A stretch of 64,000 bases of DNA from Oikopleura dioica (lineage: Eukaryota; Animalia; Chordata), in assembly GCA_907165135.1 (NCBI GenBank), contig OU015568.1, forward strand, positions 7,316,001 through 7,380,000. The letters run 5' to 3'. The notes beneath the pieces are model-generated. The model had not been told where the DNA came from. It saw only the letters and a list, made by a program, of their open reading frames with translations, and did not search any database. Positions 1-13,844 of this stretch are shown here, piece after piece (position 1 is the stretch's first letter; the number at the start of each line of letters is the position of its first letter). Made by a program: the position numbers and the translations under genes.

Positions 1-1467
1 CGCGTGGCAGCTTCAGATACTTGAAGAATATTATCGAGCTCAAGGCGATCTTTGTCAAGCATTTCTAGTTGAGGAAGACTTTTGATTTCGCGCAGGTTGT
101 CGTTGCCGATTGCGTTGACTCTGATACAGCCGTCTTCGAAGCCAGCGGCGAGCACAGTTGAGTCGTCAGAAATTGTGATCGAAGCTGGAAGGCAATCGGG
201 ATCAGAGTTTAAAACAGAGTAGAATACGCAGCTCAATTTTTGATCCCCTTCAAATGTGATTCACAATTTTCATATACAGAACTCTTACCGGTTAGTTTAA
301 CGCGATATTCAAGGTCTTTGTAGTACGAAAGCCAATCTGCTTTATCCCCAGCGGTCAGTAGATGTTCCTGAAGTCCAAGAAGCGGAACCCGAGTTGGGTT
401 GGGTGCATTGGCATCATTTTTTGTCTTTCTCAAGGTTGGAGCTCGAGCTTTTTTCTTCTTTTTGGGCTCGTCTTCCATCAGATCATCTTCTTCTATGTCG
501 GCAACTTCTGGTTGACGAAGTAAACCAAGTTGGATTTTTGACTAAAAAGATGAATTTCAACCGCAGAGTAGAGCCACCGTTCTTACCTTGTTGGCATCTC
601 TTTTGCTTCGCCTAACAAGCCTCCGGAAACAGCATCAATCTGCTCTCGCGTTCTCGGAAGCCCGTCAAATTGATCAATGAAGAGATGATCTTCGAGAATA
701 TCGATTAGCACTTGAATATTTCTATCGTTGATATGTCTCTTCAAACTCAGCAGAGAATCACGAGTCATTCGAATAATAAAATGACGGACTTTGAAAGTAG
801 TTATCACATCGTTTTGCGCCAGTTGCTTCTTATTTGTAACTGTAGCAAGGCGTCTGATATCTTCAATATATGGAGAGTCTTCGCCAAAGCCCTTGGCGAA
901 TTCGTTGTAGAAATTGCGACCTTCAATTTCGTAGTTGTTTACTAGCAGTTTTATGTAAATGTGAGCAAAGCAAGGAAACAGCAGTTGTGAAAGCTCAGCG
1001 CGACTCGAATCTTTTCAAGAGTTTGAAAACGAGATCTTCCAAATGATCAGAAATCGAGAAGAAAAACCCTTTCCTAATGATTGATCAACGAATCTCTGCA
1101 GCGCAACATAAGCTTCTTTATACGAGTCTTTATCGGTTTTTGATTCATATTGTCCAAGAACTTGTCTCACATCCGTCTCGATCGTCAAATCTTTTATATC
1201 GTCCTTGTTGATTCCAGTTTCTCGCTCAAGCGCGCCCAGAGCAAAAGTAAGCCCGTGATCTCCAAGTAGTTTCATGATGGATGCGATTTCACGCTTTTCT
1301 TGTGCATTTTTAGGTTCTTTTCTACTGAACTCTTCCGCTTGTGCAGGCTCGAATCCGATTTCTTCAACATCTCTTCCGGTTTCTTCCGGTACCGGAGCAG
1401 CTGGAGCTTCTTCTTTTAACTCCGGAGACTCAACTAGCTCCGGTTTTGGGAGCTCTTCCATATCCAT
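1..1467 (-). CDS. TAF5: TFIID subunit 5 (LisH/NTD2 + WD40), multi-exon, runs off the left edge
   Basis: Exons give ELSQLLFPCFAHIYIKLL, RMTRDSLLSLKRHI..EDHLFIDQFDGLPRTREQIDAVSGGLLGEAK and DANAPNPTRVPL, matching the TAF5 NTD2/linker, followed by the start of the WD40 region. Confidence 0.88.
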
Positions 1468-1468
1468 A

Positions 1469-2740
1469 CTAAATTGAAGAAAGTTTCCAAGAGAATTTAG
1501 GTATAGTTGAAATGAAAATTGCCACTAATAACCCCCTTGAACCACCTGAAAGAGTACGAATAGAGTATAATCGCAAGAAAAAGGAAAATACTGGCCCAGA
1601 AGAGCGAAGCAAATACAGAAAATGAACTGTTTTTAAATGAATCGAAAAAGACAAGAACATGTCGCAGTATAACAGCGTCGTCGTTTTGAACAATGACGTA
1701 GGTTTGAGGAGTTTTCGAAGCTGCTGAGGACTTTGACTCGAATTTGACGCCTTTGACACCTTCGGCGACTTCACAAAGAGCGATAGTTCTGATGGATGTT
1801 ACGGTTTTGTCGCCGAACTAGAATCATTTAGAATTTATACGAATTTAAAGTCTTACAGGAAGGTGAACACGCTGCGGAGTAGCAAAGCCCAACGCCACAT
1901 CAATTTCAGTGGAAAGATACGTTCCTTCTCCAAAGGCAGCGCGTTCGTTCAGATTGTTTATCAGACCATGCTGGAGGATTGAATACATATTCTCGCTTTT
2001 CGTCCCATGAAAGGCATAAATGGAAGAACTCGATCCAAGTGCATAAAATTTATCTTCTTGCGCACCAGAATCACTCACCGAAAGAACCAAATTCGGACGA
2101 TGGAATTTGCGTTTTGAAAAGTAGTTTCGGAGGAACTCGTTTTTCTTGCAAACTGATATCTTAGGCAGATTTGCGGAAAGAAAGGTTTTCAGATGTGTTC
2201 TTCTTCCAATAATATCTTTTAAGTTTTATTATCATTTATTCGTTTCAGCTGATTCATTACAAAAATAGAGTCGCTCAGAGATTAACTCAAAGATCAAATC
2301 AAAAGATTTTCATTTTATGATACAGTTGTTATTTTTCAGTATTTCTTCATGCGGTCATTGACTTTAAAGAAGAAGAATTAGATCATCATTTGATAGCGTC
2401 ATCATGATATTTGTGAAATTCTAGCTGCAAAATGAGTTATATACGGAATAAAAGTAGTACCAAAAGAGGACGCCATTGTGTCCTCGCGAACAGCTGGGGA
2501 CAATCATGAGATAAAATCTATCTTTAGTTATCTGATAAGAAAAAACCTTCGTCCGAAATTTCTGGTTTCTACTGATGCGATAACAGATAAAAAGTAAAAA
2601 TTAGTACCTTTTGATAGAGCTTCAAAGTCCCGTACACCATCACTCCGTAAATAATTCTTTGGAAACGGTCTGATCAGCTTATCTGCATGGCCCGATTTTG
2701 CAGCATTTTCGAAGATAGACCAGACAAATTCTTGGTCCAT
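1469..2740 (-). CDS. PARP16: Mono-ADP-ribosyltransferase PARP16-like, tail-anchored, multi-exon
   Basis: N-terminal LIRPFPKNYLRSDGVRDFEAL; catalytic AFHGTKSENMYSILQHGL..FGEGTYLS; hydrophobic C-terminus. Exon boundaries approximate. Confidence 0.8.
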
Positions 2741-2975
2741 TCGCCTTAATCAATTGATAAAATAACTATTGCGATTAAAGTACTGAAGATTATACAGAAA
2801 AGGATACAGAAAATGCAGATCGTGGATTGGCAGAAAGAGCAAGTGTTAGGAAAGGATATAAAGAGGCAATTCGGTGCTAGAAAGAAAATAACCTAAATCA
2901 TTTCAATATTTTGTGAAATGAGCAAGAAGCAAACATGTCAGTAATCTATTTGGGCTTGCTAGAAAAAGACTTCAA

Positions 2976-4509
2976 TCAGATGAAATAAGAGTAGAAAAGC
3001 ATTCCGAAGATAATGATAGGAGATGTCCAGTTCTTCATCGAAAAAATAATCAGGGTATCGATCATCGGGAGATCATGGCTTCCAAAACGCTTCCGACGAA
3101 GAACAAGTGGTAATAATTCAGCAAAAGAAAAGAAAAATTGATAAAGGCCTGAATAAACGCTCTCAGGAATGATTCGTCCGAAGCTTCAGAGGTGTCAGAA
3201 TCGCCAGGTTTCTTGATAGGAGGATCTTTCGCAAGTTTCGCGGCTCTTTTTGCTTGAATGGACGATGGGAGAATTCGTGGAAGGTTGAAATTCGTACCAA
3301 CTTTTCGACGAAACTCGAATTCGGAAAAGGATCCAAGTCCCAGAATCATGAGCGTAGCGAAAATCGGGAAATTCAAGCCATGTAGGATCGCACTAGAAGG
3401 TATGAAATAAAGGTGGGAGGATGGAAGTTTTACCTTATAAAGAAAGTCATCATAATCGCTCGGAAGGTGGAGGAAGATGCTTTGAGAGGGAGGAAAACAT
3501 GCTTTCGAAGGAACTCGTGAACTGGGTAATTCCATGCTCGGCAGACCTAGAAATCGAGGTAGAAAGAGAAAATTTTAGTGAGCGTACCTCGTAAAGTTCA
3601 AATGGAAAGAACACCTTCATCGGACTGCAGAAATTATTAGCCGTTTGCGCTCCTGCAAGAAGAACAAGAACTTGTGTGAAATAAAGAATGTAGTAGTTGC
3701 TGCAGTGAAAAGAAATTGTATCGTTAACTTCTCCAATCCAACCGGTGCTCTTTTCGAATAATGACGAAACGCAAGTGGAGAAAATGAGAAATAGAGCGCC
3801 AGGGATGATCAAAATAAGCGAGGTGATTCGAAATGATGGCGTCTCGATACTTTTCTTGTACAAACTAAAAATGAATTTTGTTATTCTGTTTTTCAAATTC
3901 TAGCTTTACCTGAAGGGAATCCAAGGCCCAAGTAACATCGTAGCTGGATGAAAATAATAACCCATCAAACTCATCACTTGACTCATGTCATTCAAGTCCA
4001 CTGTCAAATCTTCCGTTAGCACGACCGACAAGAACTTGAGCAAGAAAACCAACATCGGTCCTCTCAGCCCTCCCCAACTTTCCCCTGTAAAAAGCTCTGC
4101 AACGAGAGCAGATGCAGGGAGAAGAATGACGAGATATTTCTTGCTTATTGCCGAGGCGATATTGATCCAAAACATGACAAAAGAAAGGGCGAAGACGCCA
4201 AGAGCAACTGTGTGGAATTTGACGAGGAGCATGAAGCCGGAAATGAAGGACATTGTGTGTCTGATTGGAATGTCCATTCCTCCGTGTGCGAAGATCTTTC
4301 GAAAGAGAATTAGGACTTGTTGAAGAACTCAAAGTTGAAACCTGAAGCATGACAGCAAGAACAGCCGGGAAGATGAAATTATCAAACGCCTGTGAAAGAA
4401 CTTGGCCAGAACATTGGCCCAAGAAGATGGGCAGTTTGTGGAGAATCTCCTCCGTCGAAAGGGGAGCAGGGGTAGCACTAGCGCCGGCTCCACCAGCACC
4501 ATTTGGCAT
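2976..4509 (-). CDS. PORCN: Porcupine O-acyltransferase (MBOAT family), multi-exon
   Basis: Polytopic hydrophobic exons with LRGPMLVFLLKFLS, GYYFHPATMLLGPWIPF and HGLNFPIFATLMILGLGSFSEFEFRRK (catalytic His region). Confidence 0.78.
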
Positions 4510-4841
4510 GGAGAACTCCTCCTTGATCGCCCTAAATGAAATGCGTAGGTAAACATAGGCGTGGGAAAAACGACGAGGATGACTAATTATTACAGCACTT
4601 CACTTCTAGACCAGATTTTTCTATGTTGTTTTGTGATTTTTGACGATTTTGCAAGATTGAAGACGTATCCGAAATGCCGAGGCTCAACTCAAGAGGCGAC
4701 ATTACAGGAAAGAGTTTTGAATGAAGGAGTTTCTAATCTATTTGTGGTTGAAAATCTCAAAAAAGATGAGACTCAGTGCGACAACTGTAACTGCGGACCT
4801 GCTCAACTTGTGGAGGACTTCAAGTTTGCCGCGAATTACTT

Positions 4842-5222
4842 TCAAAAGGCAAGTTCATTCGAAAAGTATTCTCTAATCCGAGTCTTTAGAGACGCTCCGG
4901 AAAATATGCCGCGCTTGGAGAAACAGCGGACATGGGAGTTTACTCGAAACGCATCATTTTTGGAGTCTGCGTAGTCCTTGTTGTCTCCATCATTCTCGGC
5001 GGAAACTTCATCAAAATCATGTAAAAGTCCGTCAATCTGAGCGAAGTACTGTATATTCACCGATTTATGTAAAGATAATAACCTCAAAAAGTGTTCTGGA
5101 TCAATCCCGTTACTTTCCAACTCGTCCATATGCGCATCAAGCCATTCCATGACACCATCATAATCCATTCCATCAAAGGGATTCTGATAGTCCTCATAGT
5201 CGTCATAATTGGCAAATTCCAT
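4842..5222 (-). CDS. Hypothetical acidic protein; 3' end overlaps a convergent plus-strand ORF (4561-4974)
   Basis: ATG-started ORF MEFANYDDYEDYQNPFDGMDY with protein-like composition; no recognised domain. Confidence 0.4.
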   Translation of the reverse strand: MEFANYDDYEDYQNPFDGMDYDGVMEWLDAHMDELESNGIDPEHFLRLLSLHKSVNIQYFAQIDGLLHDFDEVSAENDGDNKDYADSKNDAFRVNSHVRCFSKRGIFSGASLKTRIREYFSNELAF

Positions 5223-5650
5223 GCTCCGTGCGTTACGATTTTGCGATAATCTTTTAAACAATCAATTTTACTTTAGCTCAATGCAGCAATAAAACAACGA
5301 AAAACAAGAGACACAAAGAATGAAAAATATACAGACTTTGCAGACTTGGATTATTGAGTTGAGTTCTAACATCAATTTTATTTCACTTTTTTTTTTCATG
5401 TTTGGAGAGGTGGCAGGATAAAATTCGTTCTAAATCAAGAGTGCACAGCAACAACAATAGTGGCGTTCACTCTTTGACGCTAGAATTTCAAAATGACAGT
5501 CAAAAAAGACACATGTAAGCCGGCAGAAAGAAGCTTTCGTCGGGAAAAGTAGGGAGTGATTTCCTAAAGGGGTAAATGGGGCGGTAGAAGGAGGAATTAA
5601 GAGATCGACGAGGGGTAGTTTCTGGCCGGGTTGGTGCTTTTCTACGATTT

Positions 5651-6229
5651 TTAGATTGGCTTGATTTTGAAGTGGAGACCAATGAGCGAGAAGACAAGAC
5701 ATTTCAAGTCCTGAAAAATTCTTAGTGCTCTGTTGATTGATGAATACAGACCTGAACGAGGTAGTAGAACGTTCTGAGACCTTCTGGGTCTTTGCACTGG
5801 TTCACATCGATGAGAGAGCCGATTTTCGAGGTGGTGAAACTGATGTGATCATCACCGAGGACGACCTAAGTTGTTGTTGAATAACTTGATCATAGAAAAG
5901 TTGTCGTTTCTACCTCAAGTTCCTGTCGTCCAACTCGATCAGGTCGGGGCCACATTTGATCGTCTTCCTTGAGGATTTCAGAGTCTTCGATAATTCTCTT
6001 CAGCTCTGGGAATGTACGATTTGATCAGTGACTCTGTTTCTAAGTTACCTTGAAGGACGCATCGGTTGACAAAGGCCTCCTTTCTGATCATAGTATCGTT
6101 CTTGTAGTTGGAGTTGTTGGCGTATCGCATCTTTCCATCAGGTCGGAACTCGAACTCAAGGAACTCGTGGCCAAACTTGCCCTTGTGGCCGACGTAGTAT
6201 CGAATGTAGAAGTCGTCGGAACCGGCCAT
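5651..6229 (-). CDS. MAGOH: Mago nashi, exon junction complex core subunit, 4 exons
   Basis: [33 protein letters not shown]...[22 protein letters not shown] reconstructed across three short GT-AG introns (first at 6006-6048, 43 nt). Confidence 0.97.
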
Positions 6230-7609
6230 TCTCAATTTCTAAAAGCACGAAGAGAGTCAGTCACATGTTTTTTGTTTCGTTCTCGTTATCGATAACACCA
6301 ACCGTAGAAAGAACTAAATCTCGTTTTCCCTCGTTTTGAAAGCGAAAGAAACGCGAAATAGTCAGAATATCTATATCATCAGCAGAACAATCATTCAGTT
6401 AAACAATTAGTACCCATCACCATCAAAAATATTAAAGAAGAAGGTAGGATGAGGCACTCGTTCGCACGTTCAGGGGTCATCGCAAAGCCTCGCTGCTTAT
6501 TTTTTATAAATAATATAAAGAAAAGTAAAGATTTCGTCTTTTTAGGAATTCTTATAGGAAATTTCAAATTGTAGGTAATAATACGAATCTACGAAAAGTA
6601 AATAAACCTTGGAAGAATTGGAAAAGAAAACGCACAGCAAAGAATGCTCGCGAAAAACGGTGAAATTCTTGAAAAGGGAAAGAAATCTTGCAGGCGGCAT
6701 GAAGTGGAGTTCTTACGTTACATTATGTTTGGATCATAATGGGAGGCGATTAACAGTAACAGTCGGGGAGCAAGTCGGTTTTGCTTTTTTGTTTTGTTGT
6801 TTTCACTTTGTGAACTTTCGAAAGTAACTTCTGGGGGACACACATTTGGGAGCGGCTTTTGGCCAATCAAAAGATACGCTCGGATAGACATAATTCCAAT
6901 AATAGAATTAACCCTACATATTCGAGGAAACTTGAACAGAGCCTCGCTTAAGAAGCTAACGAGGTAGAATAATAATTATTAAAAGTAACGGGGAGGAGCA
7001 TCAGCTGATCATCAGCCCCGGGCGGCATCGCCTGGCAGCTAATTACGTTTTTTTTTTGCGAAGAAATGCTAAATTATGACTCTTCTAGGTATACGCTTGT
7101 CGGGCTGGAAAACAGGGTTGAATAAAATAATAAAAACTAGGAGTCGAGTTTCATTTCAGAAACTTCTAGGAGAACTGTCAGACAAAGGGCTTATAATAAG
7201 GAAAACTAAATTAGTACCTAGGCAAAGGAGTGTCTTGGAATTACAAAAAAAAATTAGCACATATTTCTATATTTTTGTTTTCGTTATTTTAGAAGCATTT
7301 TCAGGAATAGCTATTTGGAAATAAAAATTGGATCGCGACGATAACAGACGGAAACTAGAGCAGATTGCATTTACTGGCGGGAGTTTTTTTGCTTTGTTTT
7401 TTTCTGATTTACAGAAAAGGTTTTTAGAGAATCGAAAAAAGACCTATTCAGAAGGGTATTTGAAGAAGGATATTTGTCGAACTGCTGGCCAAGCCAGAAG
7501 GCCAGTCACTTCGAAAAATAGTCCTTGTGAGGATAAATAAGAATTAAAAAAAAAGATAAGAAAAAAGTGCATTTTCGAATGTAATAAATAGCAAAGAAAC
7601 AATAAGGGT

Positions 7610-10600
7610 TTAGTCCGGGCCATCCTCAAGATCGAGCGCGTCCAAATCATTGACGATCTCCTTGATATCCTCTACGTCCGAGAAGCGAACACTAACATTG
7701 AGCTCACAATATGTGTGATAACAATACGAAGCCTCTCTAACTTTTGAGCTCTTGTCTTGACTGACGCCTTGGAAGTGGCGGCCTTGCCGTATTAGCGTCC
7801 ATTCTCTCTTTCGAAAACGCGGAGTTGGAGATGAAGCTGAATTTGTGCTCAGTCAGGATGCCGTCTTTCAAATTTTGGGAGAAGAAGTGAAGTGTGTTGT
7901 CTGTGAGACGACCCCAGGGGCCACCGAGAGGCATGAAGAAGTGGCTCTCGCGCTCGGATGTGATGTGTGCAAGTGATAACTTTGACATGGTTCAAATTTT
8001 GAGTATTGAGAAAAAATTGTGTTTTTCGAATTGATTTTGAACCGTGGCAGAAGCCGGCCACTGCTTGACTCGTCGTGTAAGGGTTCATAAAGAATAAGGT
8101 CGTGTAGAACATCATGAATTATAATTGCATCAGGTAATAAGCTCACATTCGCCCCAGGATTAATAACAGGTTGATCAGTTTCATCAATTTGCCAGCTTCC
8201 TAAATTCAAAAATCGACACTCGAAATCAAGGAAGAGAACGGCTTACCAGACGCCATGGCGAGTATCCGCAGTCTGATGTCAGCGCTTGACTTGTAATTTG
8301 TTTCTTTCGACTGTTTAAAAGGTCTTGTGAATGTTTTAAACGGCTTGAGATAGACGATCTTTTCGATGCCCATCCCTCGGTCTTCATCTTGTCCTTGTTC
8401 GGGAATAGCTTCAGCAAAATTAACTCGGAGGAATCAATCGACAAACACTACCTTTCTTATCCATCTTTGGAAAGTCGTACGCTTGTATATGATACGGAAG
8501 TCCCAGTCTTGAGGTCAGGAAACGCTCCTGACCCCCACTGCAGAGCTTAATACGCTCATCAAGCAACGAGCGTATCGAGAACAGATACTGCGGATTCAAT
8601 TGAACGTTATCCGTGTATTTGTAAAACTGCATTCTATCTCCATTCCGTATGCAGAAGCAATTCGAGCTTGAGTCTTCCAACTCTCCGTACAGAATAATCG
8701 GGTCTTTATCTCCGAGGATAAAAACAGCTGTTTTCGGTTCACTTGTTCAAAAAATTATCAAAATGAAGATGCAACAATGTTACCATAAATTCTGTCGTTC
8801 AAGAAGACCAAATCGTTTTCCAGGCATTCTTCTGAGAGACATCTGAATGCCGGTAGAAGCAGGCGGCAATTCGTTCTTTCCATAAATACGCTCTTTAAAC
8901 CTTCCATCTTTGTTCCAAACTGTCAACGATGGACCCGCTACAGATCTAAAAACGCTGTTAGAAAAGATGTAAGAGAACGGGGTAAAACTTACTTTACTCC
9001 TTGTTCTGTTTGAAATTGAATTTTGCGCGGCGAGAGTAGCACAATATACTTGTCAACAATAATTACTCTTCTGCAGTGCTGCTCGAAGTTGTAATGATGG
9101 TCAACTTCGTTCAGAGGCACCTCGCTGCGACATAGAAGCGACTTGATTTGCTGTTCCTCGTCCGTTATTAACGTAAGCATGAAGGCTTTTTCGGATGATA
9201 GAGTCATCATCCGAAGTACGCCAAAAGACGAGTTGTTCAATTTTTGATGGTCTAAAAGGGGCATTGAAGACATAGAGGAGTACGAGGGAGAGCTTACCAT
9301 ATCCTAGTAGGTAATATTTCGGGCGTGATTTTGAGTCGAGCTTGAGAAAGTTGGGATTGATTCCAGACGATTTTTCGTGTAGCATACAGTGTGAAGAAGT
9401 GATCTTGTTCAGCCATCTGGATGTTTCCATGGTCAACACGGTTACCTAAAGCCGAATAAGAAACAACTCCGAGGGAGATATTTTTACCAAGGCTTTTATT
9501 TGATCCGCAACAAGAAGAAAATCGGAAATCTTTTGGAACTGATGTTTATCTTGGTGTAAGGACATTTGTCTCTGCTTGTCGAATGGCAGTGGATTCCAAC
9601 TGTTACAAGGCTCGAACTCGTAACGAAGCTCACAGAAACGGAAATCAAAACAAGGCGAATACATATGCTGAAAGAAAATACTCCCTAAAGGCCGAAAGGA
9701 AAAGGCTCTTACCAAGAAAATAAAGTTTTTTAGGCACTGAAGACTTTGATGAAGAATAAGGAACGATCGTCTCCAACTGGGAACTTTTAAAACTGAATTG
9801 AGAAGGTCGCGGTCCTTCTCAGAACTTCCAGTAAACAACGAAAACGTGACGGTATCAGGTGCCGTCAGAAGCTTGAGGCTTCCCAAGAGACTCGAGAGGT
9901 CTTGGTCGTTTCCGTCCTTCAACTGGCGCAGGACTACGATGGAGCGGTTCCATACGAAACGCTCTTGCTCGTCAAGCTACGATAATTGCTCATTATAAGC
10001 GCATATGTAGTGATAAGACAAACCGATAACGAGAAAACGTCCTGCTTCGTATTTCTTGCTTCTGCCTTGACTTTGAAACCGTTAATAAGCGGCTTGTCAG
10101 GCCATGGATTTGGAGCTCGTATTCGCTCATCCCAATGTGATAATAATGTACTACTGACTGCGGCGATTTCTTTGATTTCTGAAGACCGCCTAACATCTGT
10201 GCAAGAGGCGAGATCGCTTACCTTTGAAATTCACGTTTTTAGGTGTGGTCCATTTAAGAGGGCCGTCGAATCCGGGTCGATAGTCTTTGAAATTTCGTGG
10301 TTTGATCACTTGAAGCTTGAGAGGGGATCGTTCCTTGGAAGGAGCCTTTCCAGACCTGGACGGGCTGGCCATATCAAGAAACGCTATTTGCCATCTTCAA
10401 ATCACGCTCAGAAAAAGTAAAAACCAATGCGAAACGTAACAGTCCTTTCTGCAACAATTCAGAAACGAAACTCTAAATGATATTCCTTGAATTTATGTTT
10501 GAAGCGAATGGAATTGAGAACAGGCTCACGTATTCTAGAGATTCTATCTGGTGAAAAGAAGCGTCAGCGGTCTTTTTTCTAGACCCAAGCCAGTTCTTAG

Positions 10601-10712
10601 AAGCAGAATTCTCTGAAAGGAGCTCAAGAAACTTTGTTGCACGAATCATAATGTGAACGGTTAGTTGGCAGGGTGAAGAGCAAGAACTGAACGGTGAAAA
10701 CAACGACATCAT
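7610..10712 (-). CDS. Unidentified multi-exon gene (possibly more than one gene)
   Basis: Chain of minus-strand open segments separated by short GT..AG introns, ending DIKEIVNDLDALDLEDGPD*; no motif recognised; start uncertain. Confidence 0.45.
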
Positions 10713-10835
10713 TGATCGTTTTCATTGAAACATGGCAGCGCGTATCTTGTCCATGTCGAATGAAAAATTCCTCCAAGCCTCTGGAATAAAACCGCCCCTA
10801 AAAGTTTCTGTTCAAATTGCCCGATTGTAAACGGC

Positions 10836-12095
10836 TTACTCGGAGTTTGTTTCGAGTTGTTTTTGTTTGGCCTGGGTGGATTTGGCATTTTTGCGCGAGT
10901 GAAGTGCTCGGTCGGGCATTAAATTCGACCGCTGGTAGCTTTGAGCGAGGTCTTTGCCGTCCTCTCTCGGCCAGTGCTTTTTGAGGATTCGCTTGGCCGC
11001 ACCGGGGCTTACTTTCAGTCCGTCGGACCTACTCATATCCTACGCATATAAAAGTAACGAAATGAATCATCGAAAGACTTACGTTTTCCTCGTCAGAGGA
11101 GTCGATCGCTTCCGACGCTCTCTGGTCCGCTCTTGCTCGTTGCATGATCTTCTTGACTTGCTTTGGCTTCTGAATGTACGACGAATGCTGTGGAGGAATG
11201 TCCTTGATGTCTTCATCTGATCCCTCGCCCTGGTTTCGCTTGTTCCTCCGCGGCGTTTTCTTCCCGCCCATGGTGAACTGCTGCCGCTGGATCCAATGTT
11301 TCAGTTGGCTAACAAACGGAGTCACCATGTAAAAATTCTGCGATCCCATGCCGAGCTTCTCTTTTGACGAAGTGTCCTTTTTGTGCAACGGCAGAGCATC
11401 AATGGGAAACCATTTGATGGAGCTGATTTCGTTTCGCGTTTGAGTCACAAACTCTGTTTTCAGCGGGCAACCGGGGCAAAGGTAAAGTCGGTTTATCTGC
11501 CCGGCCAAATCGACTTCAATAAAGTTTCTTTTATCCAGCAGCGGGGAGACATCGTAGCCGACTTCTTCGAGTACCTCTCGCTGGGCGCACTTTTCAGGGC
11601 TCTCGTCGATGTTGACTTTTCCTTTTGGGAAGCCCCAGCTTGCTCTTTCCGAGTTTCCTTGGACTAAAATGCAGTGCGTCATCTTTTTGTCCATTATGAT
11701 CGCTCCAAAAGTCGGCACTTCTTTTTGTACTCCTTCCAATTGGAGATCAGCACCGACACACTCGTTTCTTCCCCGTGCATTAAAAATGGATAAGCATGAA
11801 ACATGCGCGCGGCGAATTGAGGTAGACGCATTTCGGGTAGATTCTTGTCCTCAGCGCGATAAAAGTCGATGTAGAACCAGTGCGCCTGCTCGATTTGGAA
11901 CATGAGCCGGATCATGTCCAGCCGCTCGCTGTCCGGAATGTTCAGAAGAAAGCGTGCGCACAGGTCGTCCATGATCGTCTCTGGAATCGGCTTCCCGCTG
12001 ATTTTGATCTCTTTTATCACAGGGGCATTCTGTGGGTTGTTCTCGCTGCTATTTCGCTCGGGCGTAGCTTGCACTCTGTCCAAATATCTTTCCAT
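10836..12095 (-). CDS. DCP2: mRNA decapping enzyme 2 (Box A + Nudix); apparent 1-nt frameshift in an A-run at ~11722-11726
   Basis: DDLCARFLLNIP..RLMFQIEQAHWFYIDF (Box A) and GFPKGKVNIDESPEKCAQREVLEEVG (Nudix box) lie in adjacent frames, joined by one extra A (WKEYKKEVPTFGAII). Confidence 0.93.
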
Positions 12096-12335
12096 TATTT
12101 CTTAACTGGGGAAGGATGAATGAACGAACGTCGTTTGAACTACGGTTTTTGATTGAATTTCAGGTGAAGGCAATTATTGGCATAAATAGGAAACGAATAA
12201 CAAAATAAAGAATAATTTCACAATGAACGAAGATCTCTTGTTTTTTTTCATGAAATAGACAAATTTCAAAGTCTCTAAAGGTAGGTAACGAGATGTTTAA
12301 GTATTGATGAGCGAGGAAAACACGAGGTAAACATC

Positions 12336-13375
12336 TCAATAAGTATTTTTCGGCTGATTTGGCGTGGACTTGTTGAACTCGTCGGAGAACGGAACGGGAC
12401 GGAACGACTGCTCATCCCAATTGAGGTTTAGCTGATGAGCGTTGGGGATGGATTCGTAAGGAGTTGCTTCTTGAGCGTCGTTGGGGTCTGCAAAGGCCGA
12501 CAGAACTCCTGAAAAATAGCTTGGAAGACGAAAAAGGGGAAGAAACATTTCACCGAGTTGACCTTATCGTCAATAAAATAACAAATTTGCGAGCGCATCC
12601 ATTTTGTAAAACGCATATTTAGCCATTTTTCAAGACAATATCTAACTTCTATTTTCTAATAATCACCAAGCTAAACACCTGTCAAACAGAAACAGACACC
12701 GGAATAAAAATTCATTTACCTTCTTCTACTCTATCATATAAGTAGTAAAAACCTTTTTGATAATTTCTAAAAGAAATGAACGTAATCCAGGCCCAGGCAG
12801 GGATCGAGAAGAAGGTGAACGATAGAATAGCTTTTGCAGAGGATTCCAGCACGAATTCAACCTCGGGAATTTCGTCGGCGGGGAAAGAATGGAAACCGGA
12901 AATTGAAGAACTGAAAGATTTTAACAAAGAGAAGCTTTCGATCAAAACTTACCAAAAAGCAACGAAAGTAAAAAAGCCAACAGCAGCGTTAATCACGAGT
13001 TCACATTGAGTCAAGAGTTTTCGCTTCTGGGCGGACGAGATCTTCACGAACTGCCAGTCCACGACCAGGAAGAAAACGCTGGTAAACAAGCCCAGTGTGC
13101 TGACGAGCATGTGAAAGTTGCACTTTGACTGTTCGAAGAAAACGCAATGATCCCTACTGTCATGAGCAATGGATACTATTTATTTGGTTCTTGATTTCTC
13201 TCTTTCTTGTCAATTTTCTCTCCAAAAAATGAACCAATCCTTGAGCAGAAAACATAATAAAATTGTAGAAAATAAGCACAATCCTCAGCAGCGTCTTCGT
13301 GTTCTTTAAAAATTCACTTACAGTCACTTCTGTTCCCGCCAACGGAGCTCGAAAAGTCCCAGGATTTCCCTCCAT
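12336..13375 (-). CDS. SYNGR: Synaptogyrin-family MARVEL protein, multi-exon
   Basis: MEGNPG..KTLLRIVLI; GLFTSVFFLVVDWQFVKISSAQKRKLL; AILSFTFFSIPAWAWITFISFRNYQKG. Confidence 0.82.
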
Positions 13376-13539
13376 TTTTTCGAGATTTCCCAACTTCGCT
13401 CGTGGGAAATTGTCAAAAGTTCGCCACGAGCTGAGGTGACCCCAAGAACATCAAGAAGAGGGCGGAATCGGCGGCAATCTGATTTTTCTTTCTGAAGGAC
13501 CGAAAATGGGGCGCTCGATTAGTATCCCACGGCGCAAGT

Positions 13540-13640
13540 CAATGGGTCCATTGGACGGTTTCACTTCGCGCCAGCCAATCAGAGCAGAGCAGAATCTTAG
13601 TCGTAGTGATTGACGTCGGTAGTTGGATTGGAATGTGTGT
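13540..13640. promoter_or_regulatory. Probable bidirectional promoter between synaptogyrin and MRPL15
   Basis: Divergent genes; CCAAT boxes in both orientations (gccaatc ~13573, gattgg ~13626) and a TGACGTC CRE-like site ~13611. Confidence 0.4.
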
Positions 13641-13844
13641 TCAAGAGCAAATTTAGCTGGTTCACTTGTGTTATTTTTATTTTCTTTGAGTAGAAATGAT
13701 TTTATAAAAGCTAGAATTTCTAGCCGAGAAATGTCAACAATCATTTGAAATTTTCGTCCTTTTTGTCTCATTTGATCATTACTAATGATTCATTACATTA
13801 GTGATCCTTGTAAGGGAGAATCTCATACAGTTCCTTTTCTAGAA

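Noticed and set aside
6440-6505. Short stem ending in a T-run as a Pol III ncRNA
   Set aside because: No A/B box, cloverleaf or recognisable snRNA motif; I recognised no tRNA or rRNA gene in the window
10836-12095. DCP2 as a pseudogene
   Set aside because: Only lesion is a 1-nt homopolymer indel; motifs and introns otherwise intact
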